Assembly: GCA_965237415.1 (NCBI GenBank)
Contig: CBDEFM010000002.1
Span: 1,728,001-1,792,000 of the forward strand
Source of the DNA: Alphaproteobacteria bacterium
GTDB taxonomy: Bacteria > Pseudomonadota > Alphaproteobacteria > UBA828
Direction of reading: 5' to 3'
DNA length: 64,000 bases
A program made the translations under genes and the position numbers. Position 1 is the stretch's first letter. Each line of letters starts with the position of its first letter. The notes under the pieces were generated by a model that saw only the letters and a program-made list of their open reading frames with translations, did not search any database and had not been told where the DNA came from. Below, one piece after another: positions 21,183 to 31,512 of this stretch.

Positions 21183-21686
21183 TTATCTCTGCCAGGTGCA
21201 GTCGGCGATCATGACGACCCAGTTGTCAGGCAAGTAGTCGACGTCGTAGGTGCAACTTCCGCTGATGCCCTCATAGGCACCGGTGCCGCCCAGAATCTCC
21301 ATTGTGCCCGGGCCGCCGCTGCCTGCTTCGACGTCGCCCTCGCGCCGCTTCGAGAGCGTGTACCACTTGTCGCCCGACGGGGCGGTCGTCTCGCACGGCA
21401 CCTCCAGCTCGAAACCCGCCTCCGAGCGCTTGATGTTGACCACGCAGGTCGCGCGGTCGTGCGTGCCCTCGACGAAGGGCTCGCCGCTGCTCTGGAGGAT
21501 GGTGACCGCGCCCTCCAGGGCGCCGCCGGTGACGCGTACGCCGCCATGGTCGATCGTGGTGTAGTCCTGGACGTAGGTGCGAATGATGCGGAGGGCTCCG
21601 CTCTCCTCGGCTGTGGCCGTGTGCGCCACGCACATGATCCCTGCCCCGACGACCAGCGCTGCGGCCGCTTTCTTCGCCGAAACCAT
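21183..21686 (-). CDS. Hypothetical exported protein, probable beta-barrel
   Basis: Signal peptide (KKAAAALVVGAG...ATA), alternating beta-strand pattern, GGTGAYEGISG, four Cys in the mature part; GAGG upstream. Confidence 0.7.
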   Translation of the reverse strand: MVSAKKAAAALVVGAGIMCVAHTATAEESGALRIIRTYVQDYTTIDHGGVRVTGGALEGAVTILQSSGEPFVEGTHDRATCVVNIKRSEAGFELEVPCETTAPSGDKWYTLSKRREGDVEAGSGGPGTMEILGGTGAYEGISGSCTYDVDYLPDNWVVMIADCTWQR

Positions 21687-21833
21687 CCTGGTCCTCGCCT
21701 GACGGATGATGAGTGGCGGAATGGCATGAGCGTGCGCGCCACCGGCGCAACCGCAACCGGAGGTGGCGGCGGGTGCAGGCTGAGCGGCGGCGCATGTCGC
21801 GCGTCCACGCGGGCAGGGGCGCGCAATGCGCCG

Positions 21834-22451
21834 TCAGCCGTCGTCCGCAGACTTTCGGGGGCGACCGCTCAGGGCATCGAGCTGAGCCTGCATCTTGTCG
21901 AGCCTGTCGAGGACGGCGCCGACATCGGCCTCATCCTCGCCGCCCGTCTCGGGCTTCGGCTCCGTCCGCCGCTCGCCGGGGGGAACGCCCGCGAACATCT
22001 CCATGGTGCGCTGCATCAACGCAATATTGCGCTCGGCCATGGCCTCGAATTCGTCGACCGGGAATATGCCGCCGAAGGTCTCGTTCATCCGCTCGCGGAT
22101 GTCGCCCCGATTGCGGACGAAGGTCTCCATGGCGACTTCGAGATAGCGGGGAACGAACGCCTGGACGTTATCGCCGTAGAGCTGGATCAGCTGCCGAAGG
22201 AAGCTGAGCGGGAGCATATTCTGCCCCTTGGCCTCCTGCTCGACGATGATCTGGGTGAGCACCTGGCGGGTGATGTCGTCGCCGGTCCTCGCGTCGCGGA
22301 CGACGAAATCCTCGCCGCTCCGCACCATGTCGCAGAGCTTGTCGAGGGTCACATAGCTGCTGGTGGCGGTGTTGTAGAGCCGCCGATTGGCGTACTTCTT
22401 GATGGTGACGATTTCGGGGGCAGCCTCGCCCGCTCCGTCGCTCTCAGCCAT
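21834..22451 (-). CDS. phaR: Polyhydroxyalkanoate synthesis repressor PhaR
   Basis: IKKYANRRLYNTATSSYVTL, DITRQVLTQII, LRQLIQLYG. Confidence 0.93.
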   Translation of the reverse strand: MAESDGAGEAAPEIVTIKKYANRRLYNTATSSYVTLDKLCDMVRSGEDFVVRDARTGDDITRQVLTQIIVEQEAKGQNMLPLSFLRQLIQLYGDNVQAFVPRYLEVAMETFVRNRGDIRERMNETFGGIFPVDEFEAMAERNIALMQRTMEMFAGVPPGERRTEPKPETGGEDEADVGAVLDRLDKMQAQLDALSGRPRKSADDG

Positions 22452-22471
22452 CTCGCTCGCCCTCGCTCGGG

Positions 22472-24211
22472 CTATTCCGCAGCCTCCGGCAGCGGCGCGT
22501 CCTCGCCGTAGCGCGCAACCCAGGACGGCTCGTAGCCGTAGTCTCGCGCCGCAGCCTCGGCGCTGACATAGCCCTCCAGCACGTCCTCGACCACTGCACG
22601 CGGGTCGCGCTCGCGCGGCTCGCCGTAGCCGCCTCCGCCCGGCGCCTTGACCGAGACCCGCTCGCCGGGGCGGATTGGCACATTCGAGTACTTGCTGGTG
22701 GAGATCTTGCCAAACGCCGCGCCGACCGTGGTCCAGCGGTTGGCGCCTTCCTCCCGGTAGAGGGTGGCGCCCGGAATGCCGGAACCGCCCCCGTAGAGGC
22801 CCCAGGCGACCTTTTTGTGCTTGTTGGTCATCTGGCTGATCGTCACCTCGCCGGTGCAGAGCATGGTCTTGGAGATGCTCAAGCCCCCTCGATGCGCTCC
22901 GGCGCCGCCCGAATCCGGACGCAGCGCATATTCCTCGACGATCCACGGGAACCGCGTCTCGAACACCTCGGTCGGCGTGTTGGCACAATTGCCGTTGATC
23001 GAATCCGTGGCGTCGTTGCCATCGGCAAAGCTGCGCCCGCCATAGCCGACATAGGAGAAATCGAAGGCGCCGATGGGCTCGTCGTTGCGCTTGTCGTAGC
23101 CGCCGAAGACAAAGCAGCCGTGGGTGGTGCCTTCCGAGGCCATTACGCGGTCGGGCGCCGCCGGCGCCATGGCGCCCAGGATGATGGCGACGATGAGCGG
23201 ATGGGTCTCGGTATTGCCGCCCACCTCGGAGCCGGGATAGTTCACGTTCATCACGGAGCCGGCCGGTGCAATCACCCGGATCGGGCGGAAGCACCCCGAG
23301 TTCTTCGGAATTGTCTGGTCGGTGAGGTGCAGCATGGCGTTGTAGGAGGCCGACCAGGCGACGCCGAGGGTGGCGTTGATCGGCCCCAGTGCCTGCGCCG
23401 AGGAGCCGGTGTAGTCGATCACGACTTCGTCGCCCTGGACGTGAACGGCGCAGCGGATGGTGAACTCCTTGTCCTCAATGCCGTCATCCTCCAGCCCGTC
23501 CTCGAAGCGGTAGCAGCCGTCGGGGAAGGCCCCGATCTCGGCCCGCATGCGAGATTCGGAATAGTCCATGAGGTCGATGACGGTGCGGCGGAAGGTCTCG
23601 CGGCCGTACTTGCCGATCAGCTCCTTCATCCGCGCCTCGCCGAGATCGACGGCGGAGATCAGCGCCCGGATGTCGCCATAGTTCTGGCGCGGGGTGCGGA
23701 CGTTGGCGAGCATCAGCTTCCAGACCTCGACCACGTCCTCGCCGCGCTTCTTGATCTTGACCGGGGGCACGCGCAGCCCCTCGTGGAAGATCTCGGTGGC
23801 CTCGCCGGGGAAGCCGCCGGGCACCATTCCGCCGGTCTCGACGAAGTGGCCGATGGCGACGGCGAAGCCCATTGGCTCGCCGTCGACGAAGATCGCCTTG
23901 AACATAGTGTGCTCGGGCGTATGCAGGCCGCCCCGGTAAGGATCGTTGTGGACGATCACGTCGCCCTCGTCGATCTCGGAGAGCGAAATCTCCTTCACCA
24001 TCGAGCGCACGAGCAGGGGCACGCCGCCGATCTGCGCGGGGCAGAATTCGGCTACGGCGATCATCTCGCCTTCGGTGTTGGCCAGCGCGCAGGTGAAATC
24101 TTCGGCTTCGGAGAAGATCGTGGAATAGGCGGTCTTCTGCACGTTGACGCCCATCTCGCGGCAAATCGCGACCATGGCGGATTCGATGATGTTCATCGTG
24201 ACCATGTCCAT
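22472..24211 (-). CDS. Hydantoinase B/oxoprolinase family protein
   Basis: NDPYRGGLHTPE, GGMVPGG, EGLRVPPVK, SGGAGAHRGG, PGGGGYG. Confidence 0.9.
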   Translation of the reverse strand: MDMVTMNIIESAMVAICREMGVNVQKTAYSTIFSEAEDFTCALANTEGEMIAVAEFCPAQIGGVPLLVRSMVKEISLSEIDEGDVIVHNDPYRGGLHTPEHTMFKAIFVDGEPMGFAVAIGHFVETGGMVPGGFPGEATEIFHEGLRVPPVKIKKRGEDVVEVWKLMLANVRTPRQNYGDIRALISAVDLGEARMKELIGKYGRETFRRTVIDLMDYSESRMRAEIGAFPDGCYRFEDGLEDDGIEDKEFTIRCAVHVQGDEVVIDYTGSSAQALGPINATLGVAWSASYNAMLHLTDQTIPKNSGCFRPIRVIAPAGSVMNVNYPGSEVGGNTETHPLIVAIILGAMAPAAPDRVMASEGTTHGCFVFGGYDKRNDEPIGAFDFSYVGYGGRSFADGNDATDSINGNCANTPTEVFETRFPWIVEEYALRPDSGGAGAHRGGLSISKTMLCTGEVTISQMTNKHKKVAWGLYGGGSGIPGATLYREEGANRWTTVGAAFGKISTSKYSNVPIRPGERVSVKAPGGGGYGEPRERDPRAVVEDVLEGYVSAEAAARDYGYEPSWVARYGEDAPLPEAAE

Positions 24212-24253
24212 GACGGGTTCCTTTCCCTCCCGCGCGTGGGCCTGGATCGGGGC

Positions 24254-26293
24254 TCAGGCCTGGCGCGCGATCTCGCCGATCAGGATGTTACCGTAACGAT
24301 CGATCCATACCGGCTGGCCGGGGCGGACGACGGTGACCGAGGCGGGCTCCTCGATCAGCGCAGGGCCCTCGAAGCTGTGCCCCTCGCGGAGCGCGGCACG
24401 ATCATGGATCGGGGTCTCCACCCAGCCCTCCTCAAAGAGCACCCGCCGCCTGCTCGCCGGCGACGGCTCGCCCTCGGCCGGGCCGACTTCGGCAAGCCGC
24501 GGCTTATCGGTCACCGAGACGGCCGTGACCTTGACCGATGTCATCTCGATTTTCTCACCCGGAATATCGAAATTGAAGCGATCCCGGTGCGCCCGATGGA
24601 AGGCCTCCCATAGCCCCGGCAACGTGGTCTCGTCGAAGCGGTCGAAGGCGATGGGCACGTCGAGCTCGTGGTTCTGCCCGAGATAGCGCATCTCCAACGA
24701 CCGGAGGATCTCGATGTTCTCGGTGTAGCCCTGTTGCTCGAGCGCGGCGATGCCTTCGCGGATCAGGTCCGAGAGCACGCGATTGGCATGGTCCTCGTCG
24801 AAGGCGGCCGAGGTCATCTGCGCTGTCCGCTCCAGGTCGACCCGCGCGTCGGTCATCAGAAAACCGAAGGCCGAGAACTGGCCAGGATGGTTGGGCACGA
24901 TGCCGCTCGGAATGTTGGCGTGGACCATGAGGTCAGCGACGTGGACCGGCCCCGCGCCGCCGAATGCCAGAAGCGTGAAGTCGCGCGGGTCGAGGCCACG
25001 CTCGGTCAGCACCGAGCGCAGCGCGCCGATCATGTTGTTGTTGGCGATCTGCACCATGGCGAGCGCGGTCTCTTCGACCGGCTTGTCGATGGCGCTTGCG
25101 ACCACAGCGATCGCCGACTCTGCGGCATCCGGGTCGAGCGCCATGGCACCGCCGAGAAAGTTCGCAGGATTGATGCGGCCGAGTGCGAGGTTGGCGTCGG
25201 TCGCGGTCGCCTGGGTGCCGCCGAGGCCGTAGCAGGCGGGCCCCGGGTTGGCGCCGGCGCTTTCCGGCCCCATGCGCAGCATGCCGCCCTTGTCGATCCA
25301 GGCGAGCGAGCCGCCGCCCGCGCCCATGGTGCGGATATCGATCATGGGGATCTGGATCGGCAGGCCGAACTCGATCTCAAAGCTCGTGGTAAAGCTCTCC
25401 TGGCCGCCCACCACGGTGGAAACGTCGGTGGACGTGCCGCCCATGTCGAGGGTGACCAGGTGATCGACGCCGACGCTGCGGGCGATCTGCTTGGCGCCCA
25501 CAACGCCCCCGGTGGGGCCGGAGAGGGTCATCTGAATGGGGTGGCGGGCGGCCTCCTCCAGAGTCATCTCGCCGCCGTTGGACTTGATCGCGGCGACCTG
25601 ACGGGTGATGCCCTTCTCGTCGAGCCGCGACCGCATGGTGCCGAGATGGCGGCCCACGACGGGCTTGATGTAGGCGTCGGTGATGGTGGTGGAGGAGCGT
25701 TCGAACTCCTTCCACTTGGGCAACACCTCGTAGGAAATGCTGACCGGCAGGCCCGGACATTCCTCGGCGAAGATCGCTTGAGCGGCGCGTTCATGGTCGG
25801 GCGTCACGAAGGAGAAGAGGAAGTTGATGGCGACCGCCTCGACACGGCCATGGGCCTTGATCTCGCGCGCGATGGCGCGCACCCGGTCGGTATCCAGCGC
25901 ACGATAGACCTCGCCCCTGGCCAGGATCCGCTCATCCACTTCGTAGCAGTGGCGCCGCTTCACCAGCGGCTTGGCCTTGACCCAGGTGATGTCGTAGTGG
26001 CTCTTGCGCTTGCCCCGCTGGATGAAGGGCACGTCGCGAAACCCGGTCGTGGTCAGGTAGGCGACCGTGGCGCCCTTGCGCTCGAGGATCGCGTTGGTGG
26101 CGATTGTCGTGCCGAAGCGGATGTTGCCGATGGCGCCCACATCGCCGGAGCGATCGAGGCCGTCGACGATGCCGTCCATCGGGTCGGCCGGTGTGGAAAG
26201 GGTTTTCCAGACGTCGACTGCCTGGGTTTCAGGGTCGTAGCGGACGAAATCCGTGAAGGTTCCGCCCACATCGATCCCGACCAGATCGCTCAT
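24254..26293 (-). CDS. Hydantoinase A/oxoprolinase family protein (ATP-binding)
   Basis: GIDVGGTFTD, SGPTGG, DMGGTSTD, GAGGGS, GPESAGANPGPACY, FGGAGP. Confidence 0.9.
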   Translation of the reverse strand: MSDLVGIDVGGTFTDFVRYDPETQAVDVWKTLSTPADPMDGIVDGLDRSGDVGAIGNIRFGTTIATNAILERKGATVAYLTTTGFRDVPFIQRGKRKSHYDITWVKAKPLVKRRHCYEVDERILARGEVYRALDTDRVRAIAREIKAHGRVEAVAINFLFSFVTPDHERAAQAIFAEECPGLPVSISYEVLPKWKEFERSSTTITDAYIKPVVGRHLGTMRSRLDEKGITRQVAAIKSNGGEMTLEEAARHPIQMTLSGPTGGVVGAKQIARSVGVDHLVTLDMGGTSTDVSTVVGGQESFTTSFEIEFGLPIQIPMIDIRTMGAGGGSLAWIDKGGMLRMGPESAGANPGPACYGLGGTQATATDANLALGRINPANFLGGAMALDPDAAESAIAVVASAIDKPVEETALAMVQIANNNMIGALRSVLTERGLDPRDFTLLAFGGAGPVHVADLMVHANIPSGIVPNHPGQFSAFGFLMTDARVDLERTAQMTSAAFDEDHANRVLSDLIREGIAALEQQGYTENIEILRSLEMRYLGQNHELDVPIAFDRFDETTLPGLWEAFHRAHRDRFNFDIPGEKIEMTSVKVTAVSVTDKPRLAEVGPAEGEPSPASRRRVLFEEGWVETPIHDRAALREGHSFEGPALIEEPASVTVVRPGQPVWIDRYGNILIGEIARQA

Positions 26294-26350
26294 GGTGCCC
26301 CGCCCCGTCGGCCGCTCGGTTGATCGGATGCGTGGAGCGGCGGTGCGCGC

Positions 26351-26566
26351 TCAGCCGGTCTCGTGGATGCCCTGCTTCGGCAGCGGTATGCGGGGCTGCT
26401 CGACACCGTCGGCCCGCGCCGTGAACCATTGGATGCACCAATCGGAGCAGAAGAGCTGATCGTTGCCCTTTACAGCGGCGGAGATGCCCTCGTCATAGAT
26501 GAGCACGCCGCAGTTGTCGCACTTCACATAGCGCTCGATGTAATACCCATTGTCTGAAAAGCGCAT
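26351..26566 (-). CDS. Small Cys-rich protein (CxxC...FCSxxC), putative metal-binding
   Basis: 71 aa MRFSDNGYYIERYVKCDNCG...LFCSDWC; GAGGGG RBS-like sequence upstream; first gene before hydantoinase A/B. Confidence 0.7.
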   Translation of the reverse strand: MRFSDNGYYIERYVKCDNCGVLIYDEGISAAVKGNDQLFCSDWCIQWFTARADGVEQPRIPLPKQGIHETG

Positions 26567-26714
26567 GCCACACCCCTCCCCGTCCGGCTCTCTCCGCCGG
26601 CCCTCAGCAAGCGCCCGGAGTGTGGAGACGATGGCCGCGCGAGTCAACGTTGCGAGGAGCGCTCCCGGCGGTGACGGTCGGCGTGTTGCAGCGCGGCGGA
26701 ACCGGACTGCAGCG

Positions 26715-29700
26715 TCACTCCGCCGCTTCGTCCGCGCCGGGCTTGTAGCCGTAGTCCCGCGCCGCCTCGGCCTCAGTGAGATAACCGCGGCTGAGGTCGG
26801 CGGCGACGCGCTGTCGGGAGCGTTCGCGCGGATCGCCCAGGCCGCCGCCGCCGGGGGTCCGCACCTGCACCGTGTCGCCCGGCGCCAGATGATAGCCCTC
26901 GCCCTTCGAGAGATGCGGCGGCTCCTCCACTTGGTTGCCGCGGCGGACCTCGATGCGGTTGACCGCGCCGGGCAGACCGCCCGCGAGGCCATGCGGGCCG
27001 GTGCGCCCGTGGTCCATCATGAACGACGCCTTCGCCTCGCCCCGTAGCAGGCGGACGCGGTAGCTCACCCCGAAGCCGCCCCGGTGCCGCCCGGCGCCGC
27101 CCGAGCCCTCCCTCAGCGCATATTCCTCGAACAGGATCGGGTAGTGCTGTTCCAGGATCTCCGCCGGCTGGGTCTTGGAGATGCCGACGGACGAGCAGCC
27201 GTTGGTGAGGCCGTCGTCTTCCCACCAGCCGCCGTAGCCGCCGCCGGAGAAGATGTACATCACGTAGCGGCGTCCCTCCTCCGGGTCGTCGCCGCCGAGG
27301 CTGAAATTGCCGCTGGTCCCGGCGGGGGCCGCGAACATGCGCTCCGGCATGGCCTGGCCCAAAGCGCCGAACACCGCCTCCATGATCCGTTGCGCCGTCT
27401 CGGCCGCGCAGCCCGAGACCGGCCTTGGGTACTCGGCATAGAGGAAGGTGTCGTGGGGCGGCGTCACGGTGATCGGGCGGAAGCAACCAGCGTTGATCGG
27501 CACGTCCGGGAAGATGTGCTTGATCGCGCAATAGACCGAGGCCAGCGTCGTCGCCCAGACCGAGTTGACCGGCCCGCGGCAGGGTGGGCTGGAGCCCTCG
27601 AAGTCGACGGAGAGGTTGCTGCCCTCCACCGTGACCCGCACACGAACCTCGAGGGGCTTATCGTCGACACCGTCGGAATCCATGTAGCTGGAGAAGACGT
27701 ACGCTCCGTCGGGAATGGACGCGATGTGAGCGCGCATCCGGCGCTCGGAACGCTCCTTGAGCACCTCGATGGCGGCGTTGACTGTCGCCTCGCCGTGCTT
27801 GTCGAGGAGTTGGGTCAGCCGCCGCTCGCCGACCGAGAGCGCTCCGATCTGGGCGCGGATGTCGCCGATGCGTTCCTCCGGCACCCGGATATTGGCGAGC
27901 ACGATCTGCAAGATGTCATCGTCGAGCACGCCGCGCCGGTGCAGCTTGACCGGCGGCAGCCTGAGCCCCTCCTGCTGGATCTCGGTCGCCTGGGAGGGGA
28001 AGCCGCCCGGCACCATGCCGCCGGTATCGGGCCAGTGGCCGGTGTTTGAGAGATAGGCCCAGAGCCGACCCTTGTAGAAGAAGGGCCGCACCATCTTCAC
28101 ATCCATCAGGTGGGTGCCGCCAAAATAGGGGTCGTTGACCAGCACGATGTCGCCGGGCTCCAGGTCGTCCCGCGCCTCGATCACCGCCTGTGTGGTGGAT
28201 TGCATGACACCGAGGAAGATCGGCAGACCGAGCTCGCCTTGCGCGATGATCTGGCCCGTGTCGGGCGCATAAATTCCGTTGGAGCGGTCGTAGGCCTCCG
28301 AGATCACCGGCGAGAACGAGGTGCGCTGATGCACCAGGTCCATCTCGCTCGCGACCTGCTCGAGGCCGCTCTCGATCACCGCAAGGGTGACCGGGTCGAG
28401 ATCGCGCTCGCCACCCTCTCCCGCCTCTTCGGCAGCCCGCGGCACAGTCAGCACGAGGTTGCCGAGGGCGTCGGCACGGGCCTCGGAGCCCGGCTCCACC
28501 AGGATCGTGGTGTCGAGCTGCTGGATGACGGCGGGGCCTGCGATCGTCGCATCGCCGGGCAATGCCTCGCGCCGGTAGATCGGCGTCTCCGCCCAGACGC
28601 CCTCGAAATAGACCGGCCGCGTCTCGATCAGAGCCGCTTCCAGCGTCGCCCCGCCGTCCTCTGGCGCGAGCGTGAGGTCGAGCGGCGGGCGGATACCGCG
28701 CACGGTGGTCCGCAGGTTGACCAGGATGGGCTGCATCTCCGGCAGCACGATGTCGAACCGCTCGCGGTAGAGCGCCGCGAAGGCATCGCGGACGGTTATC
28801 GCCCTGAAGCCCTCGTCGCCCACCGGCACGCGGAACACATGACTCTGGCCGCGGTAGAAGAGGTCCGCCTCGTGCTCGACCTCCACCCTATCGACCGTGA
28901 CTCCCTCTTCTGCGAGCAGCGCCCGGCCCTCCGCCGCCTGGTCCGCCAGGATGCTGTCGGCCGCCCCCGCGTCCACGTCCTCCAGCGGCTGATGCAGGGT
29001 GCGGACGAAGTCGTGGCGCACGTCCGCGAGCACGCAGCCGAGTGCCGACGTGATGCCGGGGAAGCGCGGCACCAAGACGTGAGGCACGCCGAGCTCGCGG
29101 GCGATGGCAGTGGCGTGCATCGGCCCCGCGCCGCCGAAGGCGAAGAGGGCGAAGTCGCGGGGGTCGTGCCCCTTGTCCACCGAGACGAGCCGCGCCGCGC
29201 CCGCCATCTGATGGTCCACCACCTTGAGGATCGCGGCGGCGGCCTCCGCCTCGTCGAGGCCCAGCGGCGCGCCGATCCGTTCGCGGACGATCCGGCGCAC
29301 ATCGTCGATATCAGGCGGGCTGTCGAGGCCGCCAATGGCGCGTGCATCGATGCGGCCCAGCAGCAGGTTGGCATCGGTCACCGTGGGCTCGCGCCCGCCC
29401 TTGCCGTAGCAAATCGGACCCGGCGCCGCGCCGGCACTCTCGGGCCCGACGCGCAGGATGCCGCCTTCGTCGACCCGTGCGATGCTGCCGCCGCCGGCGC
29501 CGATGGTCTGGATGTCCACCATGGGCACGCGGAGCGGCATGCCGTAGGCGATGTCCTTCTCCGTCGTCGTGGCCGGCACCCCACCCCGCACGATGGCGAT
29601 ATCGAAGCTGGTGCCGCCCATGTCGCAGCTGATGAGGTTGGGGAAGCCGGCGGTGGCGCCCAAACGCGCGGCGGCGATGACGCCCGCGGCCGGCCCCGAC

Positions 29701-30482
29701 ATGACCGTCTGCACCGCCTTCTCGCCCGCGATGCCGGCGGTCATCATGCCGCCGTTGCCCTGCATCACCAGCAGCTCGGACTCGACCGCGCCTGCCTTGA
29801 GCCGGGCCGCGATGCGGTCGAGATAGCGGGTCATGATGGGCTGGATGTAGCCGTTGAGCGCGGCGGTGCTGCCGCGCTCGAACTCGCGCACCTCGCGCAG
29901 GATGTCGGAGCCCAGCGTGATCGGGATTTCAGGCCACACTTCGCGGGCGATGTCGCCGACGCGGCGCTCGTGGTCGGGATTGAGATAGGCGTGGATGAAG
30001 TGGATGACGAGCGCTTCGGCGCCAGCCGCGCGCGCCGCCTGGACCGCCGCCCTCACCTCCTCCTCGTCGAGCGCTGTCACCACCGCGCCCGAGGCGTCGA
30101 TCCGTTCCGTTACCTCGAAGCGTCTCTCGCGCGGCACGATGGGCTCGAAGCTGCCGAACATGCCCCACGGGTTGGGCCGTGTGCGCCGGCCGAGCTCCAG
30201 CGTATCGCGGAAGCCCTGGGTGGTGATGAGCGCGCAGCGCACGCCCTTGCGCTCCAGCACGGCGTTGGTGCCGACCGTGGTGCCGTGGACGACCGTCTCG
30301 AATCCATCCGCCGCCTCGCCGAGAACGGCGAGGCCCGCCATGAACCCGTCCGACTGATCCGCAGGCGTCGACGGCACCTTGGCGATGCGCATGGCGCCGG
30401 AGGCTTGATCCACCAGCAGCAGGTCGGTGAAGGTGCCGCCGACATCGACTCCGAGCCGGCCACGCGCGCGGGGCTCGCTCAT
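26715..30482 (-). CDS. Fused hydantoinase A/B, ATP-dependent 5-oxoprolinase-like protein (about 1255 aa)
   Basis: GVDVGGTFTD...DMGGTSFD...then NDPYFGGTHLMD, GGMVPGG, PGGGG in one frame; start overlaps upstream stop. Confidence 0.9.
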   Translation of the reverse strand: MSEPRARGRLGVDVGGTFTDLLLVDQASGAMRIAKVPSTPADQSDGFMAGLAVLGEAADGFETVVHGTTVGTNAVLERKGVRCALITTQGFRDTLELGRRTRPNPWGMFGSFEPIVPRERRFEVTERIDASGAVVTALDEEEVRAAVQAARAAGAEALVIHFIHAYLNPDHERRVGDIAREVWPEIPITLGSDILREVREFERGSTAALNGYIQPIMTRYLDRIAARLKAGAVESELLVMQGNGGMMTAGIAGEKAVQTVMSGPAAGVIAAARLGATAGFPNLISCDMGGTSFDIAIVRGGVPATTTEKDIAYGMPLRVPMVDIQTIGAGGGSIARVDEGGILRVGPESAGAAPGPICYGKGGREPTVTDANLLLGRIDARAIGGLDSPPDIDDVRRIVRERIGAPLGLDEAEAAAAILKVVDHQMAGAARLVSVDKGHDPRDFALFAFGGAGPMHATAIARELGVPHVLVPRFPGITSALGCVLADVRHDFVRTLHQPLEDVDAGAADSILADQAAEGRALLAEEGVTVDRVEVEHEADLFYRGQSHVFRVPVGDEGFRAITVRDAFAALYRERFDIVLPEMQPILVNLRTTVRGIRPPLDLTLAPEDGGATLEAALIETRPVYFEGVWAETPIYRREALPGDATIAGPAVIQQLDTTILVEPGSEARADALGNLVLTVPRAAEEAGEGGERDLDPVTLAVIESGLEQVASEMDLVHQRTSFSPVISEAYDRSNGIYAPDTGQIIAQGELGLPIFLGVMQSTTQAVIEARDDLEPGDIVLVNDPYFGGTHLMDVKMVRPFFYKGRLWAYLSNTGHWPDTGGMVPGGFPSQATEIQQEGLRLPPVKLHRRGVLDDDILQIVLANIRVPEERIGDIRAQIGALSVGERRLTQLLDKHGEATVNAAIEVLKERSERRMRAHIASIPDGAYVFSSYMDSDGVDDKPLEVRVRVTVEGSNLSVDFEGSSPPCRGPVNSVWATTLASVYCAIKHIFPDVPINAGCFRPITVTPPHDTFLYAEYPRPVSGCAAETAQRIMEAVFGALGQAMPERMFAAPAGTSGNFSLGGDDPEEGRRYVMYIFSGGGYGGWWEDDGLTNGCSSVGISKTQPAEILEQHYPILFEEYALREGSGGAGRHRGGFGVSYRVRLLRGEAKASFMMDHGRTGPHGLAGGLPGAVNRIEVRRGNQVEEPPHLSKGEGYHLAPGDTVQVRTPGGGGLGDPRERSRQRVAADLSRGYLTEAEAARDYGYKPGADEAAE

Positions 30483-31435
30483 GGGCTGCCGTCTGCGCCG
30501 GCATCGGGCGCGGGCAACCCCAGGCCCTCCAGCGCGTCGCGCATCAGCTCCAACGCCATTCGCAGGAGGCGGGCGGAGGCCTCCGCGGTCATGAAGGCTG
30601 CGTGGGGCGTCAGCGTCGCGTTCTCCAACGCCGCCAGGGGATGGTCCCCGTCGATCGGCTCGTCGGCGAAGACATCGAGACCCGCTGCCCGAATCGTGCC
30701 GCCCTTCAGCGCCTCGACCAGGGCCGGCTCGTCGATGATTGCGCCGCGCGCGGTGTTGATCAGCATCGCGCCCCGGCGCATCAGGGCGAGGCGGCGCGCG
30801 TCGATGATGCCCCTGGTCTCGTCGTTGAGGCCGAGATGGAGCGACACCACATTGGCCTCGCCGAGCAGTGCGTCGAGGGTCTCGGCCGGGGTACAGGGGA
30901 GGTCGGACGGCACGCCGCTCCGGTTCCAGGCAATGACGTTCATGCCGATCCCGTTGCCGAGGCGCACCATCTCGCGGCCGACGCCGCCGGTGCCGACCAC
31001 CCCGAGGGTCTTGCCCGCGAACTCCACGCCATCGAGCGTGCGCCACGAGCCGGCGCGCAGCGCGCGGTCCATCCGCGCGGTCTGGCGGCCGCAGTCGAAC
31101 ATCAGCGCGAGCGCGTGCTCGGCAACCGTGACGTCGCCATAGCCCTTGATGGTGCGCACCTCGATGCCGAGCCGCTCCGCCGCCGCCACGTCGATGTAGC
31201 TCGACGCGCCGGTGCCCATGAAAACGATCACCTTGAGGGCGCGGCAGGCGGCAAGCACCTCCTCCGGCATGTAGGTGTGGTCGTTGATGACCCCGACCGC
31301 ATCGCCGACGTAGGCCGCCGCGTCGTCGCCCGGCACGTCGTCGACGGTCATGGCGAGGTCGGGAACGATCGCTCGGAGCTCGTCGTCGTAAAGCTCGGCC
31401 AGAAATGACGGACAGTCGAAGAAGATCGCGCGCAC
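30479..31435 (-). CDS. D-isomer-specific 2-hydroxyacid dehydrogenase family protein
   Basis: VAEHAL, GVVGTGGVG, INTARG, AGLDVF, TPHAA. Confidence 0.9.
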   Translation of the reverse strand: MRAIFFDCPSFLAELYDDELRAIVPDLAMTVDDVPGDDAAAYVGDAVGVINDHTYMPEEVLAACRALKVIVFMGTGASSYIDVAAAERLGIEVRTIKGYGDVTVAEHALALMFDCGRQTARMDRALRAGSWRTLDGVEFAGKTLGVVGTGGVGREMVRLGNGIGMNVIAWNRSGVPSDLPCTPAETLDALLGEANVVSLHLGLNDETRGIIDARRLALMRRGAMLINTARGAIIDEPALVEALKGGTIRAAGLDVFADEPIDGDHPLAALENATLTPHAAFMTAEASARLLRMALELMRDALEGLGLPAPDAGADGSP

Positions 31436-31512
31436 CGTTTGCCTCCGGATTGGCTATGGGTTACCGATTGTAGCAGGCGCCGCCGCCGGCGCGCCGGAAC
31501 CTTCAGCGCGGG

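Noticed and set aside
28110-31142. Very long opposite-strand ORFs (also 3451..5517, 40717..42864, 53574..56048, 60011..62308)
   Set aside because: Antisense shadows of well-supported genes, expected from high-GC codon bias; no recognisable motifs.
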